From assembly GCA_043228905.1 (NCBI GenBank), contig JBHGNT010000042.1:62001-126000 (forward strand): a stretch of 64,000 bases of DNA, in the 5' to 3' direction. Below are positions 49,901-64,000 of the stretch, piece after piece. The stretch's first letter is position 1. The number at the start of each line of letters is the position of its first letter. Source of the DNA: Azolla caroliniana. Lineage: Eukaryota; Plantae; Polypodiophyta. A program made the position numbers and the translations under genes. The notes under the pieces are model-generated. The model saw only the letters and a list, made by a program, of their open reading frames with translations, was not told the origin of the DNA and made no database searches.

Positions 49901-52900
49901 ATCGCGTTAGTAAATTAAAATGTTCATACCTGGCTCGTGTGATATCGGATTTCTGTGTTTAAAAATGCGAATCGAAGCTAACAACGTTAGCTCTAATATG
50001 GAATTAAAAAATCACGATTTTGAAACTCACCTCGAGAGAGATGAAGAAATTAGCAAATTTGAGGAGGTAGTGGAGAAGATCGCGCTAGTAAATTAAAATG
50101 TTCATACCTGGCTCGTGTGATATTGGATTTCTGTGTTTAAAATTGTGAATCGAAGCTAACACCGCGAGCTCTAATATGGAATTAAAAAATCAAGATTTTG
50201 AAACTCAGGTCGAGAGACACGAAGAAATTAGCATATTTGAGGAGGTAGTGGAGAAGAGCGCGTTAGTAAATTAAAATGTTCATACCTGGCTCGTGTGATA
50301 TCGGATTTGTGTGTTTAAACATGCGAATCGAAGCTAACAACGCTAGCTCTGATATGGAACGAAAAAAACAAGATTTTGGAACTCAGGTCGAGAGACATGA
50401 ATAAATTAGCAAATTTGAGGCGGGAGTGGACAAGAGCAACTAGGTAAATTAGAATGTTCATACCTGGCTCCTGTGATATCGGATTTCTGTGTTCAAACAT
50501 GCGAATCGAAGCTAATAACGCTAGCTCTGATATGGAATTAAAAAATGAAGATTTTGAAACTCACCTCGAGAGAGATGAAGAAATTAGCAAATTTGAGGAG
50601 GTAGTGGAGAAGAGCGCGTTAGTAAATTAAAATGTTCATACCTGGCTCGTGTGATATCGGATTTTTATGTTTAAACATGCGAATCAAAGCTAATAATGCT
50701 ATCTCTAATATAAAAATAAAAAATCAAGATTTTGAAACTCAGGTCGAGAGACATGAAGAAATTAGCAAATTTGAGGAGGCAAATTTGAGAAGATCGCGCT
50801 AGAAAATTCAAATGTTCATACCTAGCTTCTGTGACATTGGATTTCTGTGTTCAAACATGCGAATCGAAGTTAACAACGCTTGCTATAATATGGAGTAAAA
50901 AAATCAAGATTTTGAAACTCAGGTCGAGAGACATGAAGAAATTAGCATATTTGAGGAGGTAGTGGAGAAGAGCGCGTTAGTAAATTAAAATGTTCATAAC
51001 GCTAATAACGCTATCTCTAATATGGAGTTAAAAAATCACGATTTTGAAACTCACCTCGAGAGAGATGAAGAAATTAGCAAATTTGAGGAGGTAGTGGAGA
51101 AGATCGCGCTAGTAAATTAAAATGTTCATACCTGGCTCGTGTGATATCGGATTTCTGTGTTTAAAAATGCGAATCGAAGCTAACAACGTTAGCTCTAATA
51201 TGGAGTTAAAAAATCACGATTTTGAAACTCACCTCGAGAGAGATGAAGAAATTAGCAAATTTGAGGAGGTAGTGGACAAGATCGCGCTAGTAAATTAAAA
51301 TGTTCATACCTGGCTCGTGTGATATTGGATTTCTGTGTTTAAAATTGTGAATCGAAGCTAACACCGTGAGCTCTAATATGGAATTAAAAAATCAAGATTT
51401 TGAAACTCAGGTCGAGAGACATGAAGAAATTAGCAAATTTGAGGCGGGAGTGGACAAGAGCAACTAGGTAAATTGAAATGTTCATACCTGGCTCCTGTTA
51501 TATCGGATTGCTGTGTTCAAACATGCGAATCGAAGCTAATAACGCTAGCTCTGATATGGAATTAAAAAATGAAGATTTTGAAACTCACCTCGAGAGAGAT
51601 GAAGAAATTAGCAAATTTGAGGAGGTAGTGGAGAAGAGCGCGTTAGTAAATTAAAATGTTCATACCTGGCTCGTGTGATATCGGATTTTTATGTTTAAAC
51701 ATGCGAATCGAAGCTAATAATGCTATCTCTAATATGAAAATAAAAAATCAAGATTTTGAAACTCAGGTCGAGAGACATGAAGAAATTAGCAAATTTGAGG
51801 AGGGAGTTTAGAAGAGCGCGTTAGTAAATTAAAATGTTCATACCTAGCTTCTGTGACATTGGATTTCTGTGTTCAAACATGCGAATCGAAGTTAACAACG
51901 CTTGCTATAATATGGAGTAAGAAAATCAAGATTTTGAAACTCAGGTCGAGAGACATGAATAAATTAGCAAATTTGAGGCGGGAGTGGACAAGAGCAACTA
52001 GGTAAATTAAAATGGTCATACCTGGCTCCTGTGATATCGGATTTCTGTGTTCAAACCTGCGAATCGAAGCTAATAACGCTAGCTCTGATATGGAATTAAA
52101 AAATCAAGATTTTGAAATTCACCTCGAGAGAGATGAAGAAATTAGCAAATTTGAGGAGGTAGTGGAGAAGAGCGCGTTAGTAAATTAAAATGTTCATACC
52201 TGGCTCGTGTGATATCGGATTTCTGTGTTTAAAAATGGGAATCGAAGCTAACAACGATAGCTCTAATACGGAATTAAAAAATCAAGATTTTGAAAGTCAG
52301 GTCGAGAGACATGAAGAAATTAGCAAATTTGAGGAGGTAGTAGAGAAGAGCGCCTTAGTAAATTAAAATGTTCATACCTGGCTCGTGTGATATCGGATTT
52401 CTGTGTTTCAAAATGCGAATCGAAGCTAAGAACGTTAGCTCTAGTATGGAATTAAAAAATCAAGATTTTGAAACTCACCTCGAGAGAGATGAAGAAATTA
52501 GCAAATTTGAGGAGGTAGTGGAGAAGATCGCGCTAGTAAATTAAAATGTTCATACCTGGCTCATGTGATATTGGATTTCTGTGTTTAAAAATGCGAATCG
52601 AAGCTAACAACGCGAGCTCTAATATAAAATTAAAAAATCAAGATTTTGAAACTCAGGTCGAGAGACATGAAGAAATTAGCATATTTGAGGAGGTAGTGGA
52701 GAAGAGCGCGTTAGTAAATTAAAATGTTCATACCTGGCTCGTGTGATATCGGATTTCTGTGTTTAAACATGCGAATCGAAGCTAACAACGCTAGCTCTGA
52801 TATGGAATGAAAAAATCAAGATTTTGAAACTCAGGTCGAGAGACATGAAGAAATTAGAAAATTTTAGGAGGGAGTTTAGAAGAGCGCGTTAGTAAATTAA

Positions 52901-55900
52901 AATGTTCATACCTGGCTCGTGTGATATCGGATTTTTGTGTTCAAACATGCGAATCGAAGCTAACAACGCTAGCTCTAATACGGAATTAAAAATCATGATT
53001 TTGAAACTCAGTTCGAGAGACATGAAGAAATTAGCAAATATGAGGCGGGAGTTGACAAGACCAAGTAGGTAAATTAAAATGTTCATACCTGGCTCGTGTG
53101 ATATCCGATTTCTGTGTTTTAAAATGCGAATCGAAGCTAACAACGCTAGCTCTAATATGAAATTAAAAAATCAAGATTTTGAAACTCAGGTCGAGAGACA
53201 TGAAGAAATTAGCAAATTTGAGGGGGGAGTTTAGAAGGGCGCGTTAGTAAATTAAAATGTTCATACCTGGCTTCTGTGATATTGGATTTCTGTGTTCAAA
53301 CATGCGAATCGAAATTAACATCGGTTGCTTTAATATGGAATAAAAAAATCAAGATTTTGAAACTCAGGTCGAGAGACATGAATAAATTAGCAAATTTGAG
53401 GCGGGAGTTGACAAGAGCAACTAGGGAAATTAAAATGTTCATACCCGGTTCGTGTGATATCGGATTTTTGTGTTCAAACATGCGAATCGAAGCTAATAAT
53501 TGTATCTCTAATATGGAATTAAAAAATCAGGTCGAGAGACATGAAGAAATTAGCAAATTTGAGGAGGTAGTGGAGAAGATCGCGCTAGAAAATTAAAATG
53601 TTCATACCTGGCTCGTGTGATATTGGATTTCTGTGTTTAAAAATGCGAATCGAAGCTAACAACACGAGCTCTAATATGGAATTAAAAAATCAAGATTTTG
53701 AAAGTCAGGTCGAGAGACATGAAGAAATTAGCATATTTGAGGAGGTAGTGGAGAAGAGCGCGTTAGTAAATTAAAATGTTCATAACGCTAATAACGCTAT
53801 CTCTAATATGGAAATGAAAAATCAAGATTTTGAAACTCATCTCGAAAGACATGAAGAAATTAGCAAATTTGAGGAGGTAGTGGAGAAGATCGCGTTAGTA
53901 AATTAAAATGTTCATACCTGGCTCGTGTGATATCGGATTTCTGTGTTTAAAAATGCGAATCGAAGCTAACAACGTTAGCTCTAATATGGAATTAAAAAAT
54001 CACGATTTTGAAACTCACCTCGAGAGAGATGAAGAAATTAGCAAATTTGAGGAGGTAGTGGAGAAGATCGCGCTAGTAAATTAAAATGTTCATACCTGGC
54101 TCGTGTGATATTGGATTTCTGTGTTTAAAATTGTGAATCGAAGCTAACACCGCGAGCTCTAATATGGAATTAAAAAATCAAGATTTTGAAACTCAGGTCG
54201 AGAGACACGAAGAAATTAGCATATTTGAGGAGGTAGTGGAGAAGAGCGCGTTAGTAAATTAAAATGTTCATACCTGGCTCGTGTGATATCGGATTTGTGT
54301 GTTTAAACATGCGAATCGAAGCTAACAACGCTAGCTCTGATATGGAACGAAAAAAACAAGATTTTGGAACTCAGGTCGAGAGACATGAATAAATTAGCAA
54401 ATTTGAGGCGGGAGTGGACAAGAGCAACTAGGTAAATTAGAATGTTCATACCTGGCTCCTGTGATATCGGATTTCTGTGTTCAAACATGCGAATCGAAGC
54501 TAATAACGCTAGCTCTGATATGGAATTAAAAAATGAAGATTTTGAAACTCACCTCGAGAGAGATGAAGAAATTAGCAAATTTGAGGAGGTAGTGGAGAAG
54601 AGCGCGTTAGTAAATTAAAATGTTCATACCTGGCTCGTGTGATATCGGATTTTTATGTTTAAACATGCGAATCAAAGCTAATAATGCTATCTCTAATATA
54701 AAAATAAAAAATCAAGATTTTGAAACTCAGGTCGAGAGACATGAAGAAATTAGCAAATTTGAGGAGGCAAATTTGAGAAGATCGCGCTAGAAAATTCAAA
54801 TGTTCATACCTAGCTTCTGTGACATTGGATTTCTGTGTTCAAACATGCGAATCGAAGTTAACAACGCTTGCTATAATATGGAGTAAAAAAATCAAGATTT
54901 TGAAACTCAGGTCGAGAGACATGAAGAAATTAGCATATTTGAGGAGGTAGTGGAGAAGAGCGCGTTAGTAAATTAAAATGTTCATAACGCTAATAACGCT
55001 ATCTCTAATATGGAGTTAAAAAATCACGATTTTGAAACTCACCTCGAGAGAGATGAAGAAATTAGCAAATTTGAGGAGGTAGTGGAGAAGATCGCGCTAG
55101 TAAATTAAAATGTTCATACCTGGCTCGTGTGATATTGGATTTCTGTGTTTAAAATTGTGAATCGAAGCTAACACCGTGAGCTCTAATATGGAATTAAAAA
55201 ATCAAGATTTTGAAACTCAGGTCGAGAGACATGAAGAAATTAGCATATTTGAGGAGGTAGTGGAGAAGAGCGCGTTAGTAAATTAAAATGTTCATACCTG
55301 GCTCGTGTGATATCGGATTTGTGTGTTTAAACATGCGAATCGAAGCTAAGAACGTTAGCTCTGATATGGAATGAAAAAAACAAGATTTTGAAACTCAGGT
55401 CGAGAGGCATGAATAAATTAGCAAATTTGAGGCGGGAGTGGACAAGAGCAACTAGGTAAATTAAAATGTTCATACCTGGCTCCTGTTATATCGGATTGCT
55501 GTGTTCAAACATGCGAATCGAAGCTAATAACGCTAGCTCTGATATGGAATTAAAAAATGAAGATTTTGAAACTCACCTCGAGAGAGATGAAGAAATTAGC
55601 AAATTTGAGGAGGTAGTGGAGAAGAGCGCGTTAGTAAATTAAAATGTTCATACCTGGCTCGTGTGATATCGGATTTTTATGTTTAAACCTGCGAATCGAA
55701 GCTAAGAATGCTATCTCTAATATGAAAATAAAAAATCAAGATTTTGAAACTCAGGTTGAGAGACATGAAGAAATTAGCAAATTTGAGGAGGGAGTTTAGA
55801 AGAGCGCGTTAGTAAATTAAAATGTTCATACCTAGCTTCTGTGACATTGGATTTCTGTGTTCAAACATGCGAATCGAAGTTAACAACGCTTGCTATAATA

Positions 55901-58900
55901 TGGAGTAAGAAAATCAAGATTTTGAAACTCAGGTCGAGAGACATGAATAAATTAGCAAATTTGAGGCGGGAGTGGACAAGAGCAACTAGGTAAATTAAAA
56001 TGTTCATACCTGGTTCCTGTGATATCGGATTTCTGTGTTCAAACCTGCGAATCGAAGCTAATAACGCTAGCTCTGATATGAAATTAAAAAATGAAGATTT
56101 TGAAATTCACCTCGAGAGAGATGAAGAAATTAGCAAATTTGAGGAGGTAGTGGAGAAGAGCGCGTTAGTAAATTAAAATGTTCATACCTGGCTCGTGTGA
56201 TATCGGATTTCTGTGTTTAAAAATGCGAATCGAAGCTAACAACGCTAGCTCTAATACGGAATTAAAAAATCAAGATTTTGAAAGTCAGGTCGAGAGACAT
56301 GAAGAAATTAGCAAATTTGAGGAGGTAGTAGAGAAGAGCGCGTTAGTAAATTAAAATGTTCATTCCTGGCTCGTGTGATATCGGATTTCTGTGTTTAAAA
56401 ATGCGAATCGAAGCTAAGAACGTTAGCTCTAGTATGGAATTAAAAAATCAAAATTTTGAAACTCACCTCGAGAGAGATGAAGAAATTAGCAAATTTGAGG
56501 AGTTAGTGGAGAAGATCGCGCTAGTAAATTAAAATGTTCATACCTGGCTCATGTGATATTGGATTTCTGTGTTTAAAAATGCGAATCGAAGCTAACAACG
56601 CGAGCTCTAATATAAAATTAAAAAATCCAGATTTTGAAACTCAGGTCGAGAGACATGAAGAAATTAGCATATTTGAGGAGGTAGTGGAGAAGAGCGCGTT
56701 AGTAAATTAAAATGTTCATACCTGGGTCGTGTGATATCGGATTTCTGTGTTTAAATATGCGAATCGAAGCTAACAACGCTAGCTCTGATATGGAATGAAA
56801 AAATCAAGATTTTGAAACTCAGGTCGAGAGACATGAAGAAATTAGAAAATTTTAGGAGGGAGTTTAGAAGAGCGCGTTAGTAAATTAAAATGTTCATACC
56901 TAGCTCGTGTGATATCGGATTTTTGTGTTCAAACATGCGAATCGAAGCTAACAACACTAGCTCTAATACGGAATTAAAAAATCATGATTTTGAAACTCAG
57001 GTCGAGAGACATGAAGAAATTAGCAAATATGAGGCGGGAGTTGACAAGACCAAGTAGGTAAATTAAAATGTTCATACCTGGCTCGTGTGATATCCGATTT
57101 CTGTGTTTTAAAATGCGAATCGAAGCTAACAACGCTAGCTCTAATGTGAAATTAAAAAATCAAGATTTTGAAACTCAGGTCGAGAGACATGAAGAAATTA
57201 GCAAATTTGAGGGGGGAGTTTAGAAGGGCGCGTTAGTAAATTAAAATGTTCATACCTGGCTTCTGTGATATTGGATTTCTGTGTTCAAACATGCGAATCG
57301 AAATTAACATCGGTTGCTTTAATATGGAATAAAAAAATCAAGATTTTGAAACTCAGGTCGAGAGACATGAATAAATTAGCAAATTTGAGGCGGGAGTTGA
57401 CAAGAGCAACTAGGGAAATTAAAATGTTCATACCCGGTTCGTGTGATATCGGATTTTTGTGTTCAAACATGCGAATCGAAGCTAATAATTGTATCTCTAA
57501 TATGTAATTAAAAAATCAGGTCGAGAGACATGAAGAAATTAGCAAATTTGAGGAGGTAGTGGAGAAGATCGCGCTAGAAAATTAAAATGTTCATACCTGG
57601 CTCGTGTGATATTGGATTTCTGTGTTTAAAAATGCGAATCGAAGCTAACAACACGAGCTCTAATATGGAATTAAAAAATCAAGATTTTGAAAGTCAGGTC
57701 GAGAGACATGAAGAAATTAGCATATTTGAGGAGGTAGTGGAGAAGAGCGCGTTAGTAAATTAAAATGTTCATAACGCTAATAACGCTATCTCTAATATGG
57801 AAATGAAAAATCAAGATTTTAAAACTCATCTCGAAAGACATGAAGAAATTAGCAAATTTGAGGAGGTAGTGTAGAAGATCGCGTTAGTAAATTAAAATGT
57901 TCATACCTGGCTCGTGTGATATCGGATTTCTGTGTTTAAAAATGCGAATCGAAGCTAACAACGTTAGCTCTAATATGGAATTAAAAAATCACGATTTTGA
58001 AACTCACCTCGAGAGAGATGAAGAAATTAGCATATTTGAGGAGGTAGTGGAGAAGAGCGCGTTAGTAAATTAAAATGTTCATACCTGGCTCGTGTGATAT
58101 CGGATTTGTGTGTTTAAACATGCGAATCGAAGCTAAGAACGTTAGCTCTGATATGGAATGAAAAAAACAAGATTTTGAAACTCAGGTCGAGAGGCATGAA
58201 TAAATTAGCAAATTTGAGGCGGGAGTGGACAAGAGCAACTAGGTAAATTAAAATGTTCATACGTGGCTCCTGTTATATCGGATTGCTGTGTTCAAACATG
58301 CGAATCGAAGCTAATAACGCTAGCTCTGATATGGAATTAAAAAATGAAGATTTTGAAACTCACCTCGAGAGAGATGAAGAAATTAGCAAATTTGAGGAGG
58401 TAGTGGAGAAGAGCGCGTTAGTAAATTAAAATGTTCATACCTGGCTCGTGTGATATGGGATTTTTATGTTTAAACATGCGAATCGAAGCTAATAATGCTA
58501 TCTCTAATATGAAAATAAAAAATCAAGATTTTGAAACTCAGGTTGAGAGACATGAACAAATTAGCAAATTTGAGGAGGGAGTTTAGAAGAGCGCGTTAGT
58601 AAATTAAAATGTTCATACCTAGCTTCTGTGACATTGGATTTCTGTGTTCAAACATGCGAATCGAAGTTAACAACGCTAGCTCTGATATGGAATGAAAAAA
58701 TCAAGATTTTGAAACTCAGGTCGAGAGACATGAATAAATTAGCAAATTTGAGGCAGCAGTGGACAAGAGCAACTAGGTAAATTAAAATGTTCATACCTGG
58801 CTCCTGTGATATCGGATTTCTGTGTTCAAACCTGCGAATCGAAGCTAATAACGCTAGCTCTGATATGGAATTAAAAAATCAAGATTTTGAAATTCACCTC

Positions 58901-61300
58901 GAAAGAGATGAAGAAATTAGCAAATTTCAGGAGGTAGTGGAGAAGAGCGCGTTAGTAAATTAAAATGTTCATACCTGGCTCGTGTGATATCGGATTTCTG
59001 TGTTTAAAAATGCGAATCGAAGCTAACAACGCTAGCTCTAATACGGAATTTAAAAATCAAGATTTTGAAAGTCAGGTCGAGAGACATGAAGAAATTAGCA
59101 AATTTGAGGAGGTAGTAGAGAAGAGCGCGTTAGTAAATTAAAATGTTCATACCTGGCTCGTGTGATATCGGATTTCTGTGTTTAAAAATGCGAATCGAAG
59201 GTAAGAACGTTAGCTCTAGTATGGAATTAAAAAATCAAGATTTTGAAACTCACCTCGAGAGAGATGAAGAAATTAGCAAATTTGAGGAGGTAGTGGAGAA
59301 GATCGCGCTAGTAAATTAAAATGTTCATACCTGGCTCGTGTGATATTGGATTTCTGTGTTTAAAAATGCGAATCGAAGCTAACAACGCGAGCTCTAATAT
59401 GAAATTAAAAAATCAAGATTATGAAACTCAGGTCGAGAGACATGAAGAAATTAGCATATTTGAGGAGGTAGTGGAGAAGAGCGCGTTAGTAAATTAAAAT
59501 GTTCATACCTGGCTCGTGTGATATCGGATTTCTGTGTTTAAACATGCGAATCGAAGCTAACAACGCTAGCTCTGATATGGAATGAAAAAATCAAGATTTT
59601 GAAACTCAGGTCGAGAGACATGAATAAATTAGCAAATTTGAGGCGGGAGTGGACAAGAGCAACTAGGTAAATTAAAATGTTCATACCTGGCTCTTGTGAT
59701 ATCGGATTTCTGTGTTCAAACATGCGAATCGAAGCTAATAACGCTAGCTCTAATATGGAATTAAAAAAAGAAGATTTTGAAACTCACCTCGAGAGACATG
59801 AAGAAATTAGCATATTTGAGGTGGTAGTGGAGAAGAGCGCGTTAGTAAATTAAAATGTTCATACCTGGCTCGTGTGATATCGGATTTCTGTGTTCAAACA
59901 TGCGAATCGAAGATAACAATGCTAGCTCTCATATGGAATAAAAAAATCAAAATTTTAAATTCAGGTCGAGAGACATGAAGAAATTAGCAAATTTGAGGAG
60001 GTAGTGGAGAAAAGCGCGTTAGTAAATTAAAATGTTCATACCTGGCTCGTGTGATATCGGATTTCTGTGTTCAAACATGCGAATCGAAGCTAACAACGCT
60101 AGCTATGATATGGAATTAAAAAATCAAGATTTCGTAACTCAGGTCGAAAGACATGAAGAAATTAGCAAATTTAAGGAGGAAGTGGAGAAGAGCGCGTTAG
60201 TAAATTAAAATGTTCATATCTGGCTCGTGTGATATCGGATTTCTGTATTCAAACATGCGAATCGAAGCTAACAACGCTAGCTATGATATGGAATTAAAAA
60301 ATCAAAAATTTGAAACTCAGGTCGAGAGACATGAAGAAATTAGAAAATTTTAGGAGGGATTTTAGAAGAGCGCGTTAGTAAATTAAAATGTTCATACCTG
60401 GCTTCTGTGATATTGAATTTCTGTGTTCAAACATGCGAATCGAAGCTAACAACGCTTGGTATAATATGGTATTAAAAAATCAAGATTTTGAAACTCAGGT
60501 TGAGAGACATGAAGAAATTAGCAAATTTGAGGCGGGAGTTGACAAGACCAAGTAGGTAAATTAAAATGTTCATACCTGGCTCGTGTGATATCCGATTTCT
60601 GTGTTTAAAAATGCGAATCGAAGCTAACAATGCTAGCTCTAATATGGAATTAAAAAATCGAGATTTTGAAACTCAGATCGAGAGACATGACGAAATCAGC
60701 AAACATGAGGAGGGAGTTTAGAAGAGGATGTTAGTAAATTAAAATGCTCATACCTGGCTTCTTAGATATTGGATATCTGTGTTCAGACATGCGAATCGAA
60801 GTTAACAACGCTTGCTATAACATAGAATAAAAAAATCAAGATTTTGAAACTCAGGTCGAGAGACATGAATAAATTAGGAAATTTGAGGCGGGAGTTGACA
60901 AGAGCAACTAGGTAAATTAAAATGTTCATACCTGGCTCCTGTGATATCGGATTTCTGTGTTCAATCATGCAAATCGAAGCTAATAACGCTATCTCAAATA
61001 TGGAATTAAAAAATCAAGATTTTGAAACTCAGGTCGAGAGACATGAAGAAATTAGCAAATTTGAGGAGGTAGTGGAGAAGAGCGCATTAGTAAATTGAAG
61101 TGTTCATACCTGGCTCGTGTGATATTGGATTTCTGTGTTTAAACATGCGAATCGAAGCTAATAACGCTATCTCTAATATGGAATAAAGAAATCAAGATTT
61201 TGAAACTCACCTCGCGAGAGATGAAGAAATTAGCATATTTGAGGAGGTAGTGGACAAGAGCGCGTTAGTAAATTAAAATGTTCATACCTGGCTCGTGTGA
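31950..61300 (+). repeat. Higher-order repeat family of 16-23 monomers (periods 2786, 2964, 3988, 3989 bp); boundaries approximate
   Basis: The marker monomer GAAATTAACATCGGTTGCTTTAAT recurs near 32160, 34945, 38935, 46360, 49325, 53312 and 57300, together with 15-bp and 46-bp deletion monomers. Confidence 0.85.
43059..43072 (+). repeat. Second copy of the interstitial (TTTAGGG)2
   Basis: Identical local context, 16159 bp downstream of the first copy. Confidence 0.8.
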
Positions 61301-64000
61301 TATCGGATTTCTGTGTTTAAACATGCGAATCGAAGCTAACAACGCTAGCTCTGATATGGAATGAAAAAATCAAGATTTTGAAACTCAGGTCGAGAGACAT
61401 GAATAAATTAGCAAATTTGAGGCGGGAGTTGACAAGACAAGGTAGGTAAATTAAAATGTTCATACCTGGCTCCTGTGATATCGGATTTCTGTGTTCAAAC
61501 ATGCGAATCGAAGCTAATAACGCTATCTCTAATATGGAATTAAAAAATGAAGATTTTGAAACTCAGGTCGACAGACATGAAGAAATTAGCAAATTTGAGG
61601 CGGTTGTGGAGAAGATCGTGTTAGTAAATTAGAATGTTCATACCTAGCTCGTCTGATATCGGATTTTTGTGTTTAAACATGCGAATCGAAGCTAATAACG
61701 CTATCTCTAATATGGAATAAAAAAATTAAGATTTTGAAACTCAAGTCGAGAGACATGAATAAATTAGCAAATTTGAGGCGGGAGTTGACAAGAGCAACTA
61801 GGTAAAGTAAAATGTTCATACCTGGCTCCTGTGATATCGGATTTCTGTGTTCAAACATGCGAATCGAAGCTAATAACGTTAACTCTAATATGGAATTAAA
61901 AAATCAAGATTTTGAAACTCAGGTCGACAGACATGAAGAAATTAGGAAATATGAGGAGGGAGTTTAGAAGAGCAAGTAGGTAAATTAAAATGTTCATATC
62001 TGGCTCGTGTGATATCGGATTTTTGCGTTTAAACATGCGAATCGAAGCTAACAACGCTATCTCTAATATGGAATTAAAAAATCAAGATTTTAAACTCAGG
62101 TCAACAGACATGAATAAATTAGCAAATTTGAGGAGGTAGTGGAGAAGATCGCGTTAGTAAATTAATATGTTCATACCTGGCTCGTGTGATATCGGATTTT
62201 TGTGTTTAAACATGCGAATCGAAGCTAACAACGCTAGCTCTAATATGGAATTAAAAAATCAAGATTTTGAAACTCAGGTCAAGAGACATGAAGAAATTAG
62301 CAAATTTGAGGAGGTAGTGGAGAAGAGCGCGTTAGTAAATTAAAATGTTCATACCTGGCTCGTGTGATATCAGATTTTTATGTTTAAGCATGCGAATCGA
62401 AGCTAACACCGCGAGCTCTAATATGGAATTAAAAAATCAAGATTTTGAAACTCAGGTCGAGAGACATGAAGAAATTAGCATATTTGAGGAGGTAGTGGAG
62501 AAGAGTGCGTTAGTAAATTAAAATGTTCATACCTGGCTCGTGTGATATCGGATTTCTGTGTTTAAACATGCGAATCGAAGCTAACAACGCTAGCTCTGAT
62601 ATGGAATGAAAAAATCAAGATTTTGAAACTCAGGTCGGGAGACATGAATAAATTAGCAAATTTGAGGCGGTAGTTGACAAGAGCAACTAGGTAAATTAAA
62701 ATGTTCATACCTGGCTCCTGTGATATCGGATTTCTGTGTTCAAACATGCGAATCGAAGCTAATAACGCTATCTCTAATATGGAATTAAAAAATGAAGATT
62801 TTGAAACTCAGGTCGACAGACATGAAGAAATTTGCAAATTTGAGGTGGTAGTGGAGAAGATCGTGTTAGTAAATTAGAATGTTCATACCTAGCTCGTCTG
62901 ATATCGGATTTCTGTATTCAAACATGCGAATCGAAGCTAACAACGCTAGCTATGATATGGAATTAAAAAATCAAAAATTTGAAACTCAGGTCGAGAGACA
63001 TGAAGAAATTAGAAAATTTTAGGAGGGAGTTTAGAAGAGCGCGTTAGTAAATTAAAATGTTCATACCTGGCTTCTGTGATATTGAATTTCTGTGTTCAAA
63101 CATGCGAATCGAAGCTAACAACGCTTGCTATAATATGGTATTAAAAAATCAAGATTTTGAAACTCAGGTCGAGAGACATGAAGAAATTAGCAAATTTGAG
63201 GCGGGAGTTGACAAGACCAAGTAGGTAAATTAAAATGTTCATACCTGGCTCGTGTGATATCCGATTTCTGTGTTTAAAAATGCGAATCGAAGCTAACAAT
63301 GCTAGCTCTAATATGGAATTAAAAAATCGAGATTTTCAAACTCAGATCGAGAGACATGACGAAATCAGCAAACATGAGGAGGGAGTTTAGAAGAGGATGT
63401 TAGTAAATTAAAATGCTCATACCTGGCTTCTTAGATATTGGATATCTGTGTTTAGACATGCGAATCGAAGTTAACAACGCTTGCTATAACATGGAATTTA
63501 AAAATCAAGATTTTGAAACTCAGGTCGAGAGACATGAATAAATTAGCAAATTTGAGGCGGGAGTTGACAAGAGCAACTAGGTAAATTAAAATGTTCATAC
63601 CTGGCTCCTGTGATATCGGATTTCTGTGTTCAAACATGCAAATCGAAGCTAATAACGCTATCTCTAATATGGAATTAAAAAATCAAGATTTTGAAACTCA
63701 GGTCGAGAGACATGAAGAAATTAGCAAATTTGAGGCGGGAGTTGACAAGACAAGGTAGGTAAATTAAAAAGTTCATACCTGGCTCGTGTGATATCTGATT
63801 TCTGTGTTTAAAAATGCGAATTAAAGCTAACAACGCTAGCTCTAATATGGAATTAAAAAAACGAGATTTTGAAAGTCAGGGCGAGAGACATGAAGAAATT
63901 AGCAAATTTGTGGAGGGAGTTTAGAAGAGGGCGTTAGTAAATTAAAATGCTCATACCTAGCTTCTGTGATATCGGATTTCTGTGTTTAAACATGCGAATC

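Larger units (their letters stand above)
22607..64000 (+). repeat. 178-bp tandem satellite array, right part (~233 monomers, subfamily R, more heterogeneous, with higher-order repeats)
   Basis: Same monomer and orientation, resuming in register after the element. Frequent diagnostic variants: GAGGCGGGAGTTGACAAGAGCAACTAGG, GCTAATAACGC, GGGAGTTTAGAAG, CTCACCTCGAGAGAGATG. Confidence 0.97.

Noticed and set aside
676-63637. Dozens of 60-106 aa ORFs on both strands in the satellite
   Set aside because: They are translations of the 178-bp repeat. They appear and disappear with single SNPs and have no recognisable domain.
1-64000. CRISPR-like or other prokaryotic repeat system
   Set aside because: There are no unique spacers and no cas genes. 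The monomers are fully repeated, and the context is eukaryotic (copia element, plant PBS, TTTAGGG).
1-64000. 5S rDNA or tRNA gene array
   Set aside because: I see no resemblance to 5S rRNA or a tRNA cloverleaf, and indel-rich variation is tolerated throughout the monomer.

Overview
The window is almost certainly plant nuclear DNA: a head-to-tail, single-orientation array of a ~178-bp AT-rich satellite (probably centromeric or pericentromeric), interrupted once by a full-length Ty1/copia LTR retrotransposon at 17145-22606 (5462 bp). The element has 634-bp LTRs with 5 mismatches by eye, a tRNA-iMet PBS, a PPT and a single gag-PR-INT-RT-RH frame. Unusual features of the element: both LTRs end in TA instead of CA, the TSD is 4 bp (or 5 bp with a clipped LTR), pol stops inside the 3' LTR, and the LTRs carry several strong hairpins. 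This copy has a nonsense codon in the protease and a Lys at the integrase catalytic Glu position. It sits about 2 monomers inside a sharp boundary between two satellite subfamilies. The array shows nested higher-order duplications (458, 1958, 2594, 3306, ~3988, 16159 and 18367 bp offsets), deletion/templated-insertion monomer variants, and a (TTTAGGG)2 telomeric insertion near the start of the largest duplicated block. The many short ORFs in the satellite are repeat artefacts. The host species and retrotransposon lineage cannot be determined without database searches.
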